From Gammaproteobacteria bacterium (GTDB lineage: Bacteria > Pseudomonadota > Gammaproteobacteria > UBA4575): a stretch of DNA of 48,982 nucleotides. Shown here in pieces: positions 30,777 through 40,281 of the stretch; the stretch's first letter is position 1, and each line of letters opens with the position of its first letter. The stretch spans positions 1-48,982 of the forward strand of contig JAPOQE010000039.1 in assembly GCA_026710875.1 (NCBI GenBank), in the 5' to 3' direction. The translations under genes and the position numbers were made by a program. The notes beneath the pieces are model-generated. The model worked only from the letters and a program-made list of their open reading frames with translations, was not told the DNA's origin and ran no database searches.

Positions 30777-32105
30777 TTAACTAAGAATTTGCTGCAAAGT
30801 TTTAAGTGACTCTTTTGTGCTAACTTTAGTCGCAGCAGAGTCAATATATTCCTTAAATAATTGACGCTTTGACTTCAATACTTCGTCGATCCTCTCCTCA
30901 ATTGAATTACGTACTAAATATTTAATAACATGCAGTGGATGTATTCGCCCAAATCTGTGAGCTCGATGTACGGCCTGATTTTCAACCGACGGATTCCACC
31001 AACGGTCAAACATCACTACTGTATCTGCTTCTTTCAAGTTGAGGCCAACACCACCTGCTTTTAATGAAATGAGAAGTATATGTGAATCCACAGATTCTCG
31101 AAATCGCTTGATAGATTCGTGCCTAACCTTTGCATCCATTGCTCCAGTGTAGAGATCGTGGGAATAATCTCCCAACTGCTGACTTAACCATTTCAAAGTT
31201 TCAACAAACTGTGAAAAAACAATAAGCTTGCTGTTTGAAGCAAATGTATTTTCAATTACAGTTTTCAATGCATCCAACTTAACTGACTCTCCACTTTTGA
31301 AATCAAAATTACATACCTTTTTGAGTTTTACAATTAGCTCTAAAAGATGCGCACTTTCGTGCTTTTCGCGCTGCCATGTTGGGGTACCTCTGGCTTCCCA
31401 GATTTCATGATAGGAGACCCATTGTTTACCAGTGAGGGTGAGATGTACTTCTTGCTCTATAATTGGCGGGAGTTCAGGTATTACATCTTTTTTGATTCTG
31501 CGGAGAAAGTACGGTGCCATTAAATTCTGCATCTCGTCAGATGACATTTCAGGCAGCAATATCCCTGGCTTTACAAAGGAAAATATTGAAACTATATCTT
31601 CTGTAACGTTTTCAAGAGGTGTGCCAGATAGTGCCCAAGACCTTCTTCTTGGCAAAGTAGAACATGCGATACTTGTCGATGAGGAAGGAGATTTGATTCG
31701 TTGCGCTTCGTCCAGAACTACGACCTCAAACTTTTCAGCATAGTCAAGAAGGTGACTGTCAATTCGGACCTGATCATATGTAGCAATTAGTACAGGAAAC
31801 GGTAACAAATAGCTTGCCTCACGATTTTTTTGATTGCCTTGGACCATTCTTACTGAAAGCTGCGGGGCCCATACTGCAAATTCTTCTTGCCAATTCCTAG
31901 ATAATGCCTCAGGAACTACTACTAGTACCCTAGCCCCAGAGTTATTGGCAACAACTGTACGAATTGCAACAATTGTCTGGACCGTCTTTCCGAGACCCAT
32001 TTCATCAGCTAATAGTGCACTATTAGATCTAACAAGAAAATTGATGCCCTCCTCCTGATAGGCTCTTATCTCGTGAGGCATAATATATTGGGATGACCTA
32101 TTCAT
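30777..32105 (-). CDS. SNF2-family DEAx-box ATPase (core only)
   Basis: LADEMGLGKT, VVLDEAQRIK, LSGTPLEN, LRRIK, VFSQF, SLKAGGVGLNL, DRWWNPSVENQAVHRAHRFG. Confidence 0.93.
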   Translation of the reverse strand: MNRSSQYIMPHEIRAYQEEGINFLVRSNSALLADEMGLGKTVQTIVAIRTVVANNSGARVLVVVPEALSRNWQEEFAVWAPQLSVRMVQGNQKNREASYLLPFPVLIATYDQVRIDSHLLDYAEKFEVVVLDEAQRIKSPSSSTSIACSTLPRRRSWALSGTPLENVTEDIVSIFSFVKPGILLPEMSSDEMQNLMAPYFLRRIKKDVIPELPPIIEQEVHLTLTGKQWVSYHEIWEARGTPTWQREKHESAHLLELIVKLKKVCNFDFKSGESVKLDALKTVIENTFASNSKLIVFSQFVETLKWLSQQLGDYSHDLYTGAMDAKVRHESIKRFRESVDSHILLISLKAGGVGLNLKEADTVVMFDRWWNPSVENQAVHRAHRFGRIHPLHVIKYLVRNSIEERIDEVLKSKRQLFKEYIDSAATKVSTKESLKTLQQILS

Positions 32106-32617
32106 AGAAATATATAGCCAAGCAAAAAATTTTAGTAATTAAGGGACAATCCGAATAAATTACATAACCGATTTAAGATGCGCTTTAGCACGCATGCAGG
32201 GGGTGGTGTGTTTTAGCTTAGGATAGACCGAGCCTGGAGGGCGACTGGTTAAACTTTTCTTTACTACACGAGACATAACCGAAACCAATGATAATCGTAA
32301 ATGTTGAGCACAATTTAAAAGTCAAGATTTTGATCTAATGTCACAAATCCCCGCTATCCTTCTCTGTTCACTCAGACTCTGTTCAGGCAAAATTATTTTC
32401 TACATTAGGACACTATAGCTTGGTAATGACCACTACATCTGTACGGTTCCACATTAATTACCATATAACAAGTTCCTTGTTTCCCTCACAGACCAAGAGA
32501 CTTGGTCAATTTAAAATCTAGGCTAAAACAAAATTGAAGCTTCATGGTAGTTCACCATAACCTGATTACAACACCTCAAAGACCTCTTTTTATGAGAGGA
32601 TTGCGAACAAAAATCGA

Positions 32618-33397
32618 ATGAGCAGAATAGTCTTTCTTGGGGTTGTGCTGATTACTGTATGCACTATCACGTTTGGTGTCTCAGGAAACACCAAAAATCA
32701 ATTTATCAAAAAGTCAAAATCCGGCATCTGCCACTGCCCGGGCGGGCAATACTATGCTCGCACCTCAAAATTCACGGCTTTCGATTCCATTGAGGCCTGT
32801 CTTGCCAGCGGGGGCCGACACCCCAAGCGTGGACAGGGACAATGTTCAGCATCAGGCAAGCAAGGTCCAGCGGCCGCCAAAACACTGCCCCTGCCCCCTG
32901 CCACAAAGCCTAGGTCAAAACCCTATGATAGAAGCGTGTTCGGCGGATGGGCAGATACGGATGGCGACTGCCAGAATACGCGCCATAAGCGCCTGATCGA
33001 CTTGTCCGGGACGCCTGTCCACCTTTCCGACAACGGCTGCCTGGTCATTCAAGGGCATTGGTACGATCCGTATACCGGAAAAGTCCATCGTACTGCCCGG
33101 GACATGCACATCGATCACCTGGTCCCACTTTTCTATGCCTGGAAAAGGGGTGCTGCACACTGGGAGCCTGCGAAACAGCGAAGCTTCATGAATGATCCGG
33201 CAAACCTTCTCGCTATCGAGGCTGGTGTAAACCAGGACAAGGGTGCAAACGGTCCGCTTGCATGGCTTCCACCACGCATCGAGTTTCATTGCGAGTACCT
33301 GTTGAGATTTTCACGCGTGACAACCCGTTACGGGTTGCAGCACACACCCACCGAGCGCGTAGCCCTGGAACAGTTGACTGCGCAGAAATGTGACTAA
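32618..33397 (+). CDS. Secreted HNH-family nuclease (DUF1524-like) with small Cys/His N-terminal domain
   Basis: Signal peptide; KKSKSGICHC...YY.RT..F..F.SIEACLASGGR.PK module; WADTDGDCQNTR, WYDPYTG, IDHLVPL, NQDKG..GP..WLP. Confidence 0.8.
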   Translation: MSRIVFLGVVLITVCTITFGVSGNTKNQFIKKSKSGICHCPGGQYYARTSKFTAFDSIEACLASGGRHPKRGQGQCSASGKQGPAAAKTLPLPPATKPRSKPYDRSVFGGWADTDGDCQNTRHKRLIDLSGTPVHLSDNGCLVIQGHWYDPYTGKVHRTARDMHIDHLVPLFYAWKRGAAHWEPAKQRSFMNDPANLLAIEAGVNQDKGANGPLAWLPPRIEFHCEYLLRFSRVTTRYGLQHTPTERVALEQLTAQKCD

Positions 33398-33586
33398 ACC
33401 CCGGGAAACTGCCCTGTAGGCTTGGCAAGTCCAGGACTCGCAAAAACAGTCAAAAAATGAACGATAACCTACAAATTGCCGGTTAGGATTGTCGTAAGAT
33501 GGGTACTGCGGTATTTTTATAGCCCATAATCTATCGAAGCATAGGGCGATGGACTTATACCCTGCCGGGTTCATGCTGACTAGAAT

Positions 33587-35497
33587 GTGCAAGTAAACAT
33601 GCCAAGACATAGCCTGAAATTCCTGACATCCTGGGCCCCGCCCAACTCCTTCATGCCCTCCGGGATCTGTGTGGTCCTTGCAGGATGGCTGGCCCTGGCC
33701 GGTCTGTTTCCGGTTCAGTTGGCAGCCGTTGAGTTGTCAGGCAGCGAGCCCGGAATCTCGGGATATTTTGATACTACCGTCTCGGTAGGGGCTGCAATTC
33801 GCACCCAGGGGCGCAAAGACAACCTGATTGCCGTATCCAATGGTGGCTCGGCCTGGTCCATCAACGAAGATAACGGGAATCTCAACTACGATACGGGCGA
33901 TTTCGTCTCGGCCAACACTAAAATCACTCATGAACTCGAGTTGAGTCGTAATAATCTGGGCATGTTTGTACGTGCCTTGTACTTTTACGATTACGCCATT
34001 GCAGACGAACATACCGACCGTACACGCCTGTCTCGAAGTGCCAAAAACGATGCCGGTTACGACTTCAAGCTGCTGGATGCATACATCAATGGCCAGTTCG
34101 ACCTTGGAGGCTCCCCTCTGATGATCCGTGCGGGCGATCAGGTGATCCATTGGGGGGAAAGCGTCTTTATCCGTAACGGGCTCAACTCGATCAATCCGGT
34201 GGAAAGCGCCAAGGTTCGCGTGGCAGGCGCCGAAATCCGTGATGTGCTTGAGCCGATCACCGCGGCCAACCTGCGTCTCGGTCTCACCGACAACCTGTTT
34301 CTTGAAAGCTTCTATCAGCTGCGCTCGGCGCACTCTGAACTCGAGCCCGCCGGTACATTCTTCTCAACCAGTGATGCGGCAAGCCCCGGCGGCAACACTG
34401 TACATTTCGGATTTGGTGTCCCCGGCAGGGCGGATGATAATGACAACACTGATGACCCTGGCTGCACCAGCATCTGCTCGAGGGTACCCCGTGCCAGTGA
34501 TCGGGACGCTGACGATGATGGCCAGTTCGGTCTAGCACTTCGCTACTTTTCCCCGGCCCTTAATGATGCCGAACTCGGCTTTTATTACGCACGCATCCAC
34601 AGCCGTCTGCCACTGGTCTCGGTTCGTGCGGGTCAACTGGATGCGGTTCATGCCCCCACGGGCTATGTCGGATCCATCGGCTATTTCCGGGAATTCCCCG
34701 AAGATATCGATCTCATGGGTATCAGTATCAACACCGAACTCGGGAACAGCGGATTTGCGTTCCAGGGTGAGGTTTCCTACCGCAAGGATCAGCCATTGCA
34801 AATTGATTCTGCGGAGCTTTTCTTTTCCTCGCTCTCACCGCTTCGGCTTGTACAAGTGCCAGACGGCTTGCCTCCAGAACATACGGCTGTGCTGACGCAG
34901 CTGCAGCAGGCGGGAGGCCTGTTCAGTTTGAGCCAAACTGGTCCTTTGGCACCAGGGGAGGAGTTGCGTGGTTTCCGTCGCAAGAATGTGCTGCAGGGCT
35001 CGATGGCCCTTACCAAGGTGCTGGGACCGATTGCCATGATTGGGTCCAGCCAGAGCGTATTCCTGCTTGAAGCCGGCTTCACCCGGGTGCAGGGCCTGGA
35101 AAAGAGGTCGGAGTTGCGCTATGAGGCTCCCGGTACTTGGACCAGCGCCAATCCGGTGTTCACACTCGCACAATTACAACCGGCAACCCAGGATGGCGGC
35201 TTTGCCGACTCCTTCTCCTGGGGATATCGCGCACTGCTGCGTACAATATACAACAATGCCTTTGGCCCGGTGAGCCTCACACCACAGATCGCATTTGCGC
35301 ATGATGTCAACGGCACAACTCCAACACCGATCAGTAATTTTGTTGAGGACCGAAAAACTGTCACGCTGTCAGTCAATGCCAGTTATCTGCATACCTGGCA
35401 GGCGGGATTGTCCTATACCAATTCATTCGGAGGTGGCGCGGCCAACCTGCTCAATGATCGTGACTTCCTCGCTTTCACACTCAAATATTCCTTCTGA
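33587..35497 (+). CDS. DUF1302 family outer-membrane protein
   Basis: DTTVSVGA, DNGNLNYD, LLDAYI, QVIHWGES, GQFGLALRY, C-terminal DRDFLAFTLKYSF; start uncertain. Confidence 0.88.
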   Translation: MQVNMPRHSLKFLTSWAPPNSFMPSGICVVLAGWLALAGLFPVQLAAVELSGSEPGISGYFDTTVSVGAAIRTQGRKDNLIAVSNGGSAWSINEDNGNLNYDTGDFVSANTKITHELELSRNNLGMFVRALYFYDYAIADEHTDRTRLSRSAKNDAGYDFKLLDAYINGQFDLGGSPLMIRAGDQVIHWGESVFIRNGLNSINPVESAKVRVAGAEIRDVLEPITAANLRLGLTDNLFLESFYQLRSAHSELEPAGTFFSTSDAASPGGNTVHFGFGVPGRADDNDNTDDPGCTSICSRVPRASDRDADDDGQFGLALRYFSPALNDAELGFYYARIHSRLPLVSVRAGQLDAVHAPTGYVGSIGYFREFPEDIDLMGISINTELGNSGFAFQGEVSYRKDQPLQIDSAELFFSSLSPLRLVQVPDGLPPEHTAVLTQLQQAGGLFSLSQTGPLAPGEELRGFRRKNVLQGSMALTKVLGPIAMIGSSQSVFLLEAGFTRVQGLEKRSELRYEAPGTWTSANPVFTLAQLQPATQDGGFADSFSWGYRALLRTIYNNAFGPVSLTPQIAFAHDVNGTTPTPISNFVEDRKTVTLSVNASYLHTWQAGLSYTNSFGGGAANLLNDRDFLAFTLKYSF

Positions 35498-35525
35498 GCA
35501 ACACGTGGAGTACAGGAGAAACACA

Positions 35526-36893
35526 ATGATGCACAAAAAAAGATGGCCTACACTGGTGCATCTGATTTTGCTGACCTGTATGAGCTTGCCTGTCTCTGCG
35601 GGTGTGACAGCGGATGAGGCGGCCCGGCTCGGAGCCGACCTGACTCCAGTGGGTGCAACAAAAGCCGGCAATGCGGCAGGCACCATCCCGGCCTGGCAGG
35701 GCGGTATCACCCAGCCTCCGGCAAACTACAAGCCTGGCATGCATCATCCCGACCCCTTCGCCGAGGACCGGCCACTGTTTGTCATCACGGCTGAAAACCT
35801 GCATGAGCACGAAGCCAATCTTTCGCCTGGGCAAATCGCACTCTTCAAACGATATCCGGATACCTTCCGGATGCCGGTCTATGCAAGCCGACGAACAGCT
35901 TCCCTGCCAGAACAGATTTATGAGCGCACAATTGCCAATGCAACGACCGCGACACTGACCAAGCACGGTAACGGCGTACTGAATGCCGCGGAGGGCATCC
36001 CCTTCCCGATTCCGAAAAACGGCCTTGAAGCCGTCTGGAATCACCTGCTCCGTTACCGCGGCACCACACTAAGCACCTCAAGTGGCCAAGCGTCTCCTAC
36101 GGCTGACGGTTCCTATGTCGTGGTACGACTCAAGGAAGATATTCTCTGGGCTTACCACCAGCCAGGGGCCAACATCGAAACCATCGACAACAAGCTGGCC
36201 TACTTTCGACAGGAGGTGCTGTCCCCTCCTCGGCTTGCAGGACAGATCCTTGTGGTCCACGAGACCCTCAACCAGGCAGCCGAGCCTCGCAAGGCCTGGA
36301 CCTACAACCCGGGGCAGCGCCGGGTTCGGCGCGCACCGAACGTTGGCTATGACAACCCGGGCACCGCATCAGATGGACAACGTACCAATGATCAATCCGA
36401 TGTCTTCAACGGCGCCCCAGACCGTTATGACTGGACACTCGTCGGCAAGAGGGAACTTTATGTCCCCTACAACAGCTATCGACTGCACAGCGACCAAAAC
36501 AGCTTCGATGACATCCTGCAACCAGGGCACATCAACCCGGAACTGACACGCTACGAGTTGCACCGGGTCTGGGTCATAGAAGCGCGGCTGAAAGAGGGCC
36601 TGCGTAACATTTATGCAAGACGCACATTTTACCTGGATGAGGACAGCTGGCAGATTTCCATTGCCGACCAGTATGACGGTCGCGGCGAGATCTGGAGGGT
36701 CAGCGAGGCACATGTAATCAATTACTATGATGTCCCCCTTACCTGGACTACGCTGCTGGCCGTCTATGACGTTCAAAACGGGCGTTACCTGGCCATGGGC
36801 CTCAGTAACGAATTCAAGCCTGCGCGCTTTGATCACCCACTGGATCGTAACCAGTTCACCACTGAAGCCCTGCGCCAGCTGGGTCGCCGTTAA
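35526..36893 (+). CDS. DUF1329 family periplasmic protein
   Basis: LGADLTPVGA.KAGNA.GTIPAW.GG, GIPFPIP, W.YNPGQRRVRRAP, YLDEDSW; AGGAG SD before ATG 35526. Confidence 0.92.
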   Translation: MMHKKRWPTLVHLILLTCMSLPVSAGVTADEAARLGADLTPVGATKAGNAAGTIPAWQGGITQPPANYKPGMHHPDPFAEDRPLFVITAENLHEHEANLSPGQIALFKRYPDTFRMPVYASRRTASLPEQIYERTIANATTATLTKHGNGVLNAAEGIPFPIPKNGLEAVWNHLLRYRGTTLSTSSGQASPTADGSYVVVRLKEDILWAYHQPGANIETIDNKLAYFRQEVLSPPRLAGQILVVHETLNQAAEPRKAWTYNPGQRRVRRAPNVGYDNPGTASDGQRTNDQSDVFNGAPDRYDWTLVGKRELYVPYNSYRLHSDQNSFDDILQPGHINPELTRYELHRVWVIEARLKEGLRNIYARRTFYLDEDSWQISIADQYDGRGEIWRVSEAHVINYYDVPLTWTTLLAVYDVQNGRYLAMGLSNEFKPARFDHPLDRNQFTTEALRQLGRR

Positions 36894-36914
36894 TCCAAGC
36901 CGGGACCTCTGCTG

Positions 36915-37883
36915 GTGAGGCACGCGCTTGCACCTGCCCTGCTTCTGATTTTTGCAGCCTTCCCTTTGCCCAGTGGCAGCGAGCCACTGTATGAGACTCC
37001 TGCAATCCTTACCTGTCCTGAGTGCAGCCCGATTAATGCAGCCACCCAGGTTGCGGACGGGATCGTTGCCGTAGGCCAGCGAGGTCTTATCCTGCGCAGC
37101 ACCACCGATGGTGGCTGGGAACAGCAATATGCGCCGATACGCCGTACGCTGAACGCCGTTATCCACACAGGTGACGATCGACTGATTGCTGTCGGACAGG
37201 ATGCCTTGGTGATCTCAAGAGACAGTCCGGGGGCCTCCTGGACACTCATTCAGGCGGATCCGACACTTGATGCACCGCTCCTTGATCTGTGGATCGGGAA
37301 TGAGGGAAGAGGCTTTGCCGTAGGTGCCTACGGGCTGGCACTGGTGACAGATGATGGTGGCCGAAACTGGTCGGAAAGGAAGATTGATGCACAGGAGCCG
37401 CATTTCTATGCCATACGCGAGGCCCCTGAAGGGACACTGTACATCTGTGGTGAGTACGGCACCGTATTGCAGTCTCGCAACCGCGGTGCCAGCTGGACAC
37501 CGCTTACGTTGGGTTGGGATGGAACATTTTTTGGCTGCCGGGCCGGGCATGAGGGCCGTATCCTTGTGTATGGCCTGGAGGGCATGATCCTGGAGAGCCG
37601 TGATCAGGGGGCAAGCTGGCGGCGCCTGGAAACCGGGAGTTCTGCATCGATCTATGATGCGACGTTCCTGGCCGATGGACGTGCCGTCGTTGTAGGTGCA
37701 GGTGGTACTGTGCTGATCGAGACGGCCACAGGCAAGTTCGAACACATCGCACACCCCCATCGCGGATCACTGACGGCCGTTCTGGCAAGGAATCCGCACA
37801 CCCTGGTACTGTTTGGCGAGGGCGGAGTACACACACTGGCCTTGGCTGATTCTCCTCACTTCAGAATACGTCGCGAACCGTAA
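36915..37883 (+). CDS. YCF48/BNR-repeat beta-propeller protein
   Basis: Repeated AVG..G.IL.S.D.G.SW Asp-box motifs; signal peptide; cluster context. Confidence 0.85.
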   Translation: MRHALAPALLLIFAAFPLPSGSEPLYETPAILTCPECSPINAATQVADGIVAVGQRGLILRSTTDGGWEQQYAPIRRTLNAVIHTGDDRLIAVGQDALVISRDSPGASWTLIQADPTLDAPLLDLWIGNEGRGFAVGAYGLALVTDDGGRNWSERKIDAQEPHFYAIREAPEGTLYICGEYGTVLQSRNRGASWTPLTLGWDGTFFGCRAGHEGRILVYGLEGMILESRDQGASWRRLETGSSASIYDATFLADGRAVVVGAGGTVLIETATGKFEHIAHPHRGSLTAVLARNPHTLVLFGEGGVHTLALADSPHFRIRREP

Positions 37884-37895
37884 CGCTCGGAGCTA

Positions 37896-40238
37896 ATGAT
37901 GGCGAAGATTCACTGGAAACATCGCCTGGAAGAGGCGCTTTTTTGCCACCGACCGAGGGTGATCGCAGCCTTCGTTCTAGTCAGTCTAGGACTCGGACTG
38001 TCATTCGCACATCTGCAAATCGATGCTGGCTTTGAGAAGCATCTGCCCCAGGACCATCCATTCATGCAGGTTTTCAAAACGTACCAAGCCGAGTTCGGCG
38101 GTGCCAATCGATTGCTGATCTCGGTTCGTGCGCATTCCGGGGATATCTACTCAGCACCCTTTCTGGAAACCCTGAAATCCGTCACCGACGCCGTTTTTTT
38201 CCTGCCTGGAGTTAACAAGGCGTCCGTACGCTCCCTGTTCACGCCCAATGTTCGTTTTGTCGAAGTAGTACGGGGCGGGTTCGTAGGTGGAAACGTTGTG
38301 CCCCCCGACTACCGGGGAACCGATGCAGACGTACATCAGGTTCGAGTCAACGTCCAGAAGGCAGGCATCGTAGGTCGGCTGGTTTCCCACGATTTTTCCG
38401 CGGCAATGATTACCGCTGAACTGGTTGAGATCGATCCACGAACAGGAGAGCGTCTTGACTATATCGAGGTAGCCCATCTCCTCGAGGAACAGCTGCGTGC
38501 ACGCTACTCAAGTCCGGATATTGAGATTCATATCATCGGCTTTGCCAAGATGATAGGCGACATCGCCGATCATGCAGGAAACACGCTGATGTTTTTTGCC
38601 ATTGCATTTGTATTGTCCCTGTTGCCGGTCTACCTGTTCACGCGCTCTGTCCCGTATACGGGCCTGCTGATGCTATGCTCGACTGTGGCAGTGGTCTGGA
38701 CACTGGGCCTTCTGGCCCTGTTCGGCTTCCACATTGATCCGATGTCGATCCTGGTGCCGTTCCTGGTTCTCGCGATCGGCATATCGCACGCTGTTCAGGT
38801 TGCAGGGGCTGCCAGGGATTCACAAAGAAAAGGCGCCACCTCCCTAGCTGCGGCCCGTGCGGCATTTCGACGGCTGATCCTGCCAGGGAGTGTTGCACTG
38901 ATAAGCGATGGCGCCGGCTTTTTGACCATGCTGATCATTGATGTCCAGATCATTCGTGATCTCGCGATCACCATGTGCCTTGGTGTGGCAGCCATCCTAT
39001 GCACCAATCTTCTACTTTTACCGGTACTGATGTCCTATACCCGCAACAATGCCAGCTACCAGGTGCCCGTGCAGATCACGGACAGCAGCAGTGCCTTGCT
39101 CTGGAAGCGTCTCTCGCGTCTGGCGTCCTGGCCATCCTCAGGGGTGGTCCTGCTGATTGCACTTGTCCTGTTTGGGGTTGGTGCACAGGAGGCACGCAAC
39201 TATGCAATCGGGGATGTCCATGAAGGTGTACCCGAGTTGCGCCCGGATTCCCGCTACAATCTTGACAGCGCGACGATTACGCAGTTGTATACCGTGGGGG
39301 TAGATGTGCTCACGGTGATCGTTGAAACCTACCCGAACGCGTGTGTCGATTTCACAATTCTTGATCGAATTGACGATTTTGCGACGAGGATGGCACAAAT
39401 TCCCGGAGTGCAGTCCACGCTGTCCCTGCCCGGCGTTGCCCGCAAGATCAACGCGGGCTACAACGAGGGCCATCCCAAATGGCTGACCCTGCCCCGCAAG
39501 ACGGCAACACTCGTGCAATCTACTGGTCCGATTGAGACAGGCTCAGGCTTGTTGAATGCGGACTGCTCCGTAATGCCGGTGCTGATTTTCACAACAGACC
39601 ACCGTGCCGAAACCATAGACCGGATCGTTGCCGGTGTCACCGCGTATGCCGAGCTGCATGAAAACGATACGATCCGGTTCCGCCTTGCCACAGGAAACCT
39701 CGGCGTCATGGCTGCAACCAATGACCTTGTGCGCGATGCCGAGTTTGAAATGCTGCTGTGGATCTATTCAGCCGTACTGGGGCTTGCACTGCTGGCCTTT
39801 CGCTCTGTGCGTGCAACCCTTTGTGTCGTGCTGCCACTGGCTCTGGTGTCCACCTTGGCCTTTGCACTGATGGCCTGGCTTGAGATCGGGCTGAAGGTTT
39901 CGACCCTGCCTGTGGCTGCTTTAGGGGTCGGCATTGGAGTCGACTATGGGATTTATCTTTTCAGCGATGTGAAGAGACGACTTGATGCAGGCACGAAGCT
40001 TGTCGACGCCTTTCAGGGGGCTCTTGGTGTGACAGGCAAAGCGGTTCTCGTCACCGGAATGACACTTGCCCTGGGCGTTATTACCTGGGTGTTCTCGGAG
40101 TTGAAGCTTCAGGCGGATATGGGACTGTTACTCGCTTTCATGTTTTTAGCCAACATGGCCGGAGCGGTCATTCTTGCTCCAGCACTTGCCTGGCTCTTCT
40201 ATACGTTTCCTAGGAAAGGCTTGGCTCGGCAGCAGTGA
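37896..40238 (+). CDS. MMPL/RND family transporter
   Basis: Two periplasmic loops, about 12 TM, LAIGISH and GIGVDYGIY motifs; follows DUF1302-DUF1329-YCF48. Confidence 0.92.
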   Translation: MMAKIHWKHRLEEALFCHRPRVIAAFVLVSLGLGLSFAHLQIDAGFEKHLPQDHPFMQVFKTYQAEFGGANRLLISVRAHSGDIYSAPFLETLKSVTDAVFFLPGVNKASVRSLFTPNVRFVEVVRGGFVGGNVVPPDYRGTDADVHQVRVNVQKAGIVGRLVSHDFSAAMITAELVEIDPRTGERLDYIEVAHLLEEQLRARYSSPDIEIHIIGFAKMIGDIADHAGNTLMFFAIAFVLSLLPVYLFTRSVPYTGLLMLCSTVAVVWTLGLLALFGFHIDPMSILVPFLVLAIGISHAVQVAGAARDSQRKGATSLAAARAAFRRLILPGSVALISDGAGFLTMLIIDVQIIRDLAITMCLGVAAILCTNLLLLPVLMSYTRNNASYQVPVQITDSSSALLWKRLSRLASWPSSGVVLLIALVLFGVGAQEARNYAIGDVHEGVPELRPDSRYNLDSATITQLYTVGVDVLTVIVETYPNACVDFTILDRIDDFATRMAQIPGVQSTLSLPGVARKINAGYNEGHPKWLTLPRKTATLVQSTGPIETGSGLLNADCSVMPVLIFTTDHRAETIDRIVAGVTAYAELHENDTIRFRLATGNLGVMAATNDLVRDAEFEMLLWIYSAVLGLALLAFRSVRATLCVVLPLALVSTLAFALMAWLEIGLKVSTLPVAALGVGIGVDYGIYLFSDVKRRLDAGTKLVDAFQGALGVTGKAVLVTGMTLALGVITWVFSELKLQADMGLLLAFMFLANMAGAVILAPALAWLFYTFPRKGLARQQ

Positions 40239-40281
40239 GTCATCAGGAAAATTTCAAAGTACTATGAAAAAAGTACGAGAC

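Larger units (their letters stand above)
20290..32720. mobile_element. AT-rich defence island (boundaries approximate; no integrase or att repeats recognised)
   Basis: Abrupt change to AT-rich sequence and A/T-ending codons relative to GC-rich flanks (judged by eye); content is dnd, HNH, SNF2, ParB and MBL genes; located between tRNA-Arg and tRNA-His. Confidence 0.75.

Noticed and set aside
27722-32105. Assignment to DISARM, Zorya, Wadjet, Dpd or a ParABS partition locus
   Set aside because: Required partners (methyltransferase and DrmAB, ZorAB, JetABCD, DpdA, ParA) are absent from the window
32160-32276. 38-aa minus-strand ORF (MSRVVKKSL...) flanked by a 10-bp direct repeat, as a leader peptide or MITE
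   Set aside because: No SD, no terminal inverted repeats, and length within chance expectation
35295-35525. ORF-track N-terminal extensions (DUF1329; likewise mpl, clpP, CPBP, SRAP, dndE, HNH, fabI, binding protein)
   Set aside because: They overlap neighbouring genes or tRNAs or precede the family N-terminus; downstream starts with SD or coupling fit better
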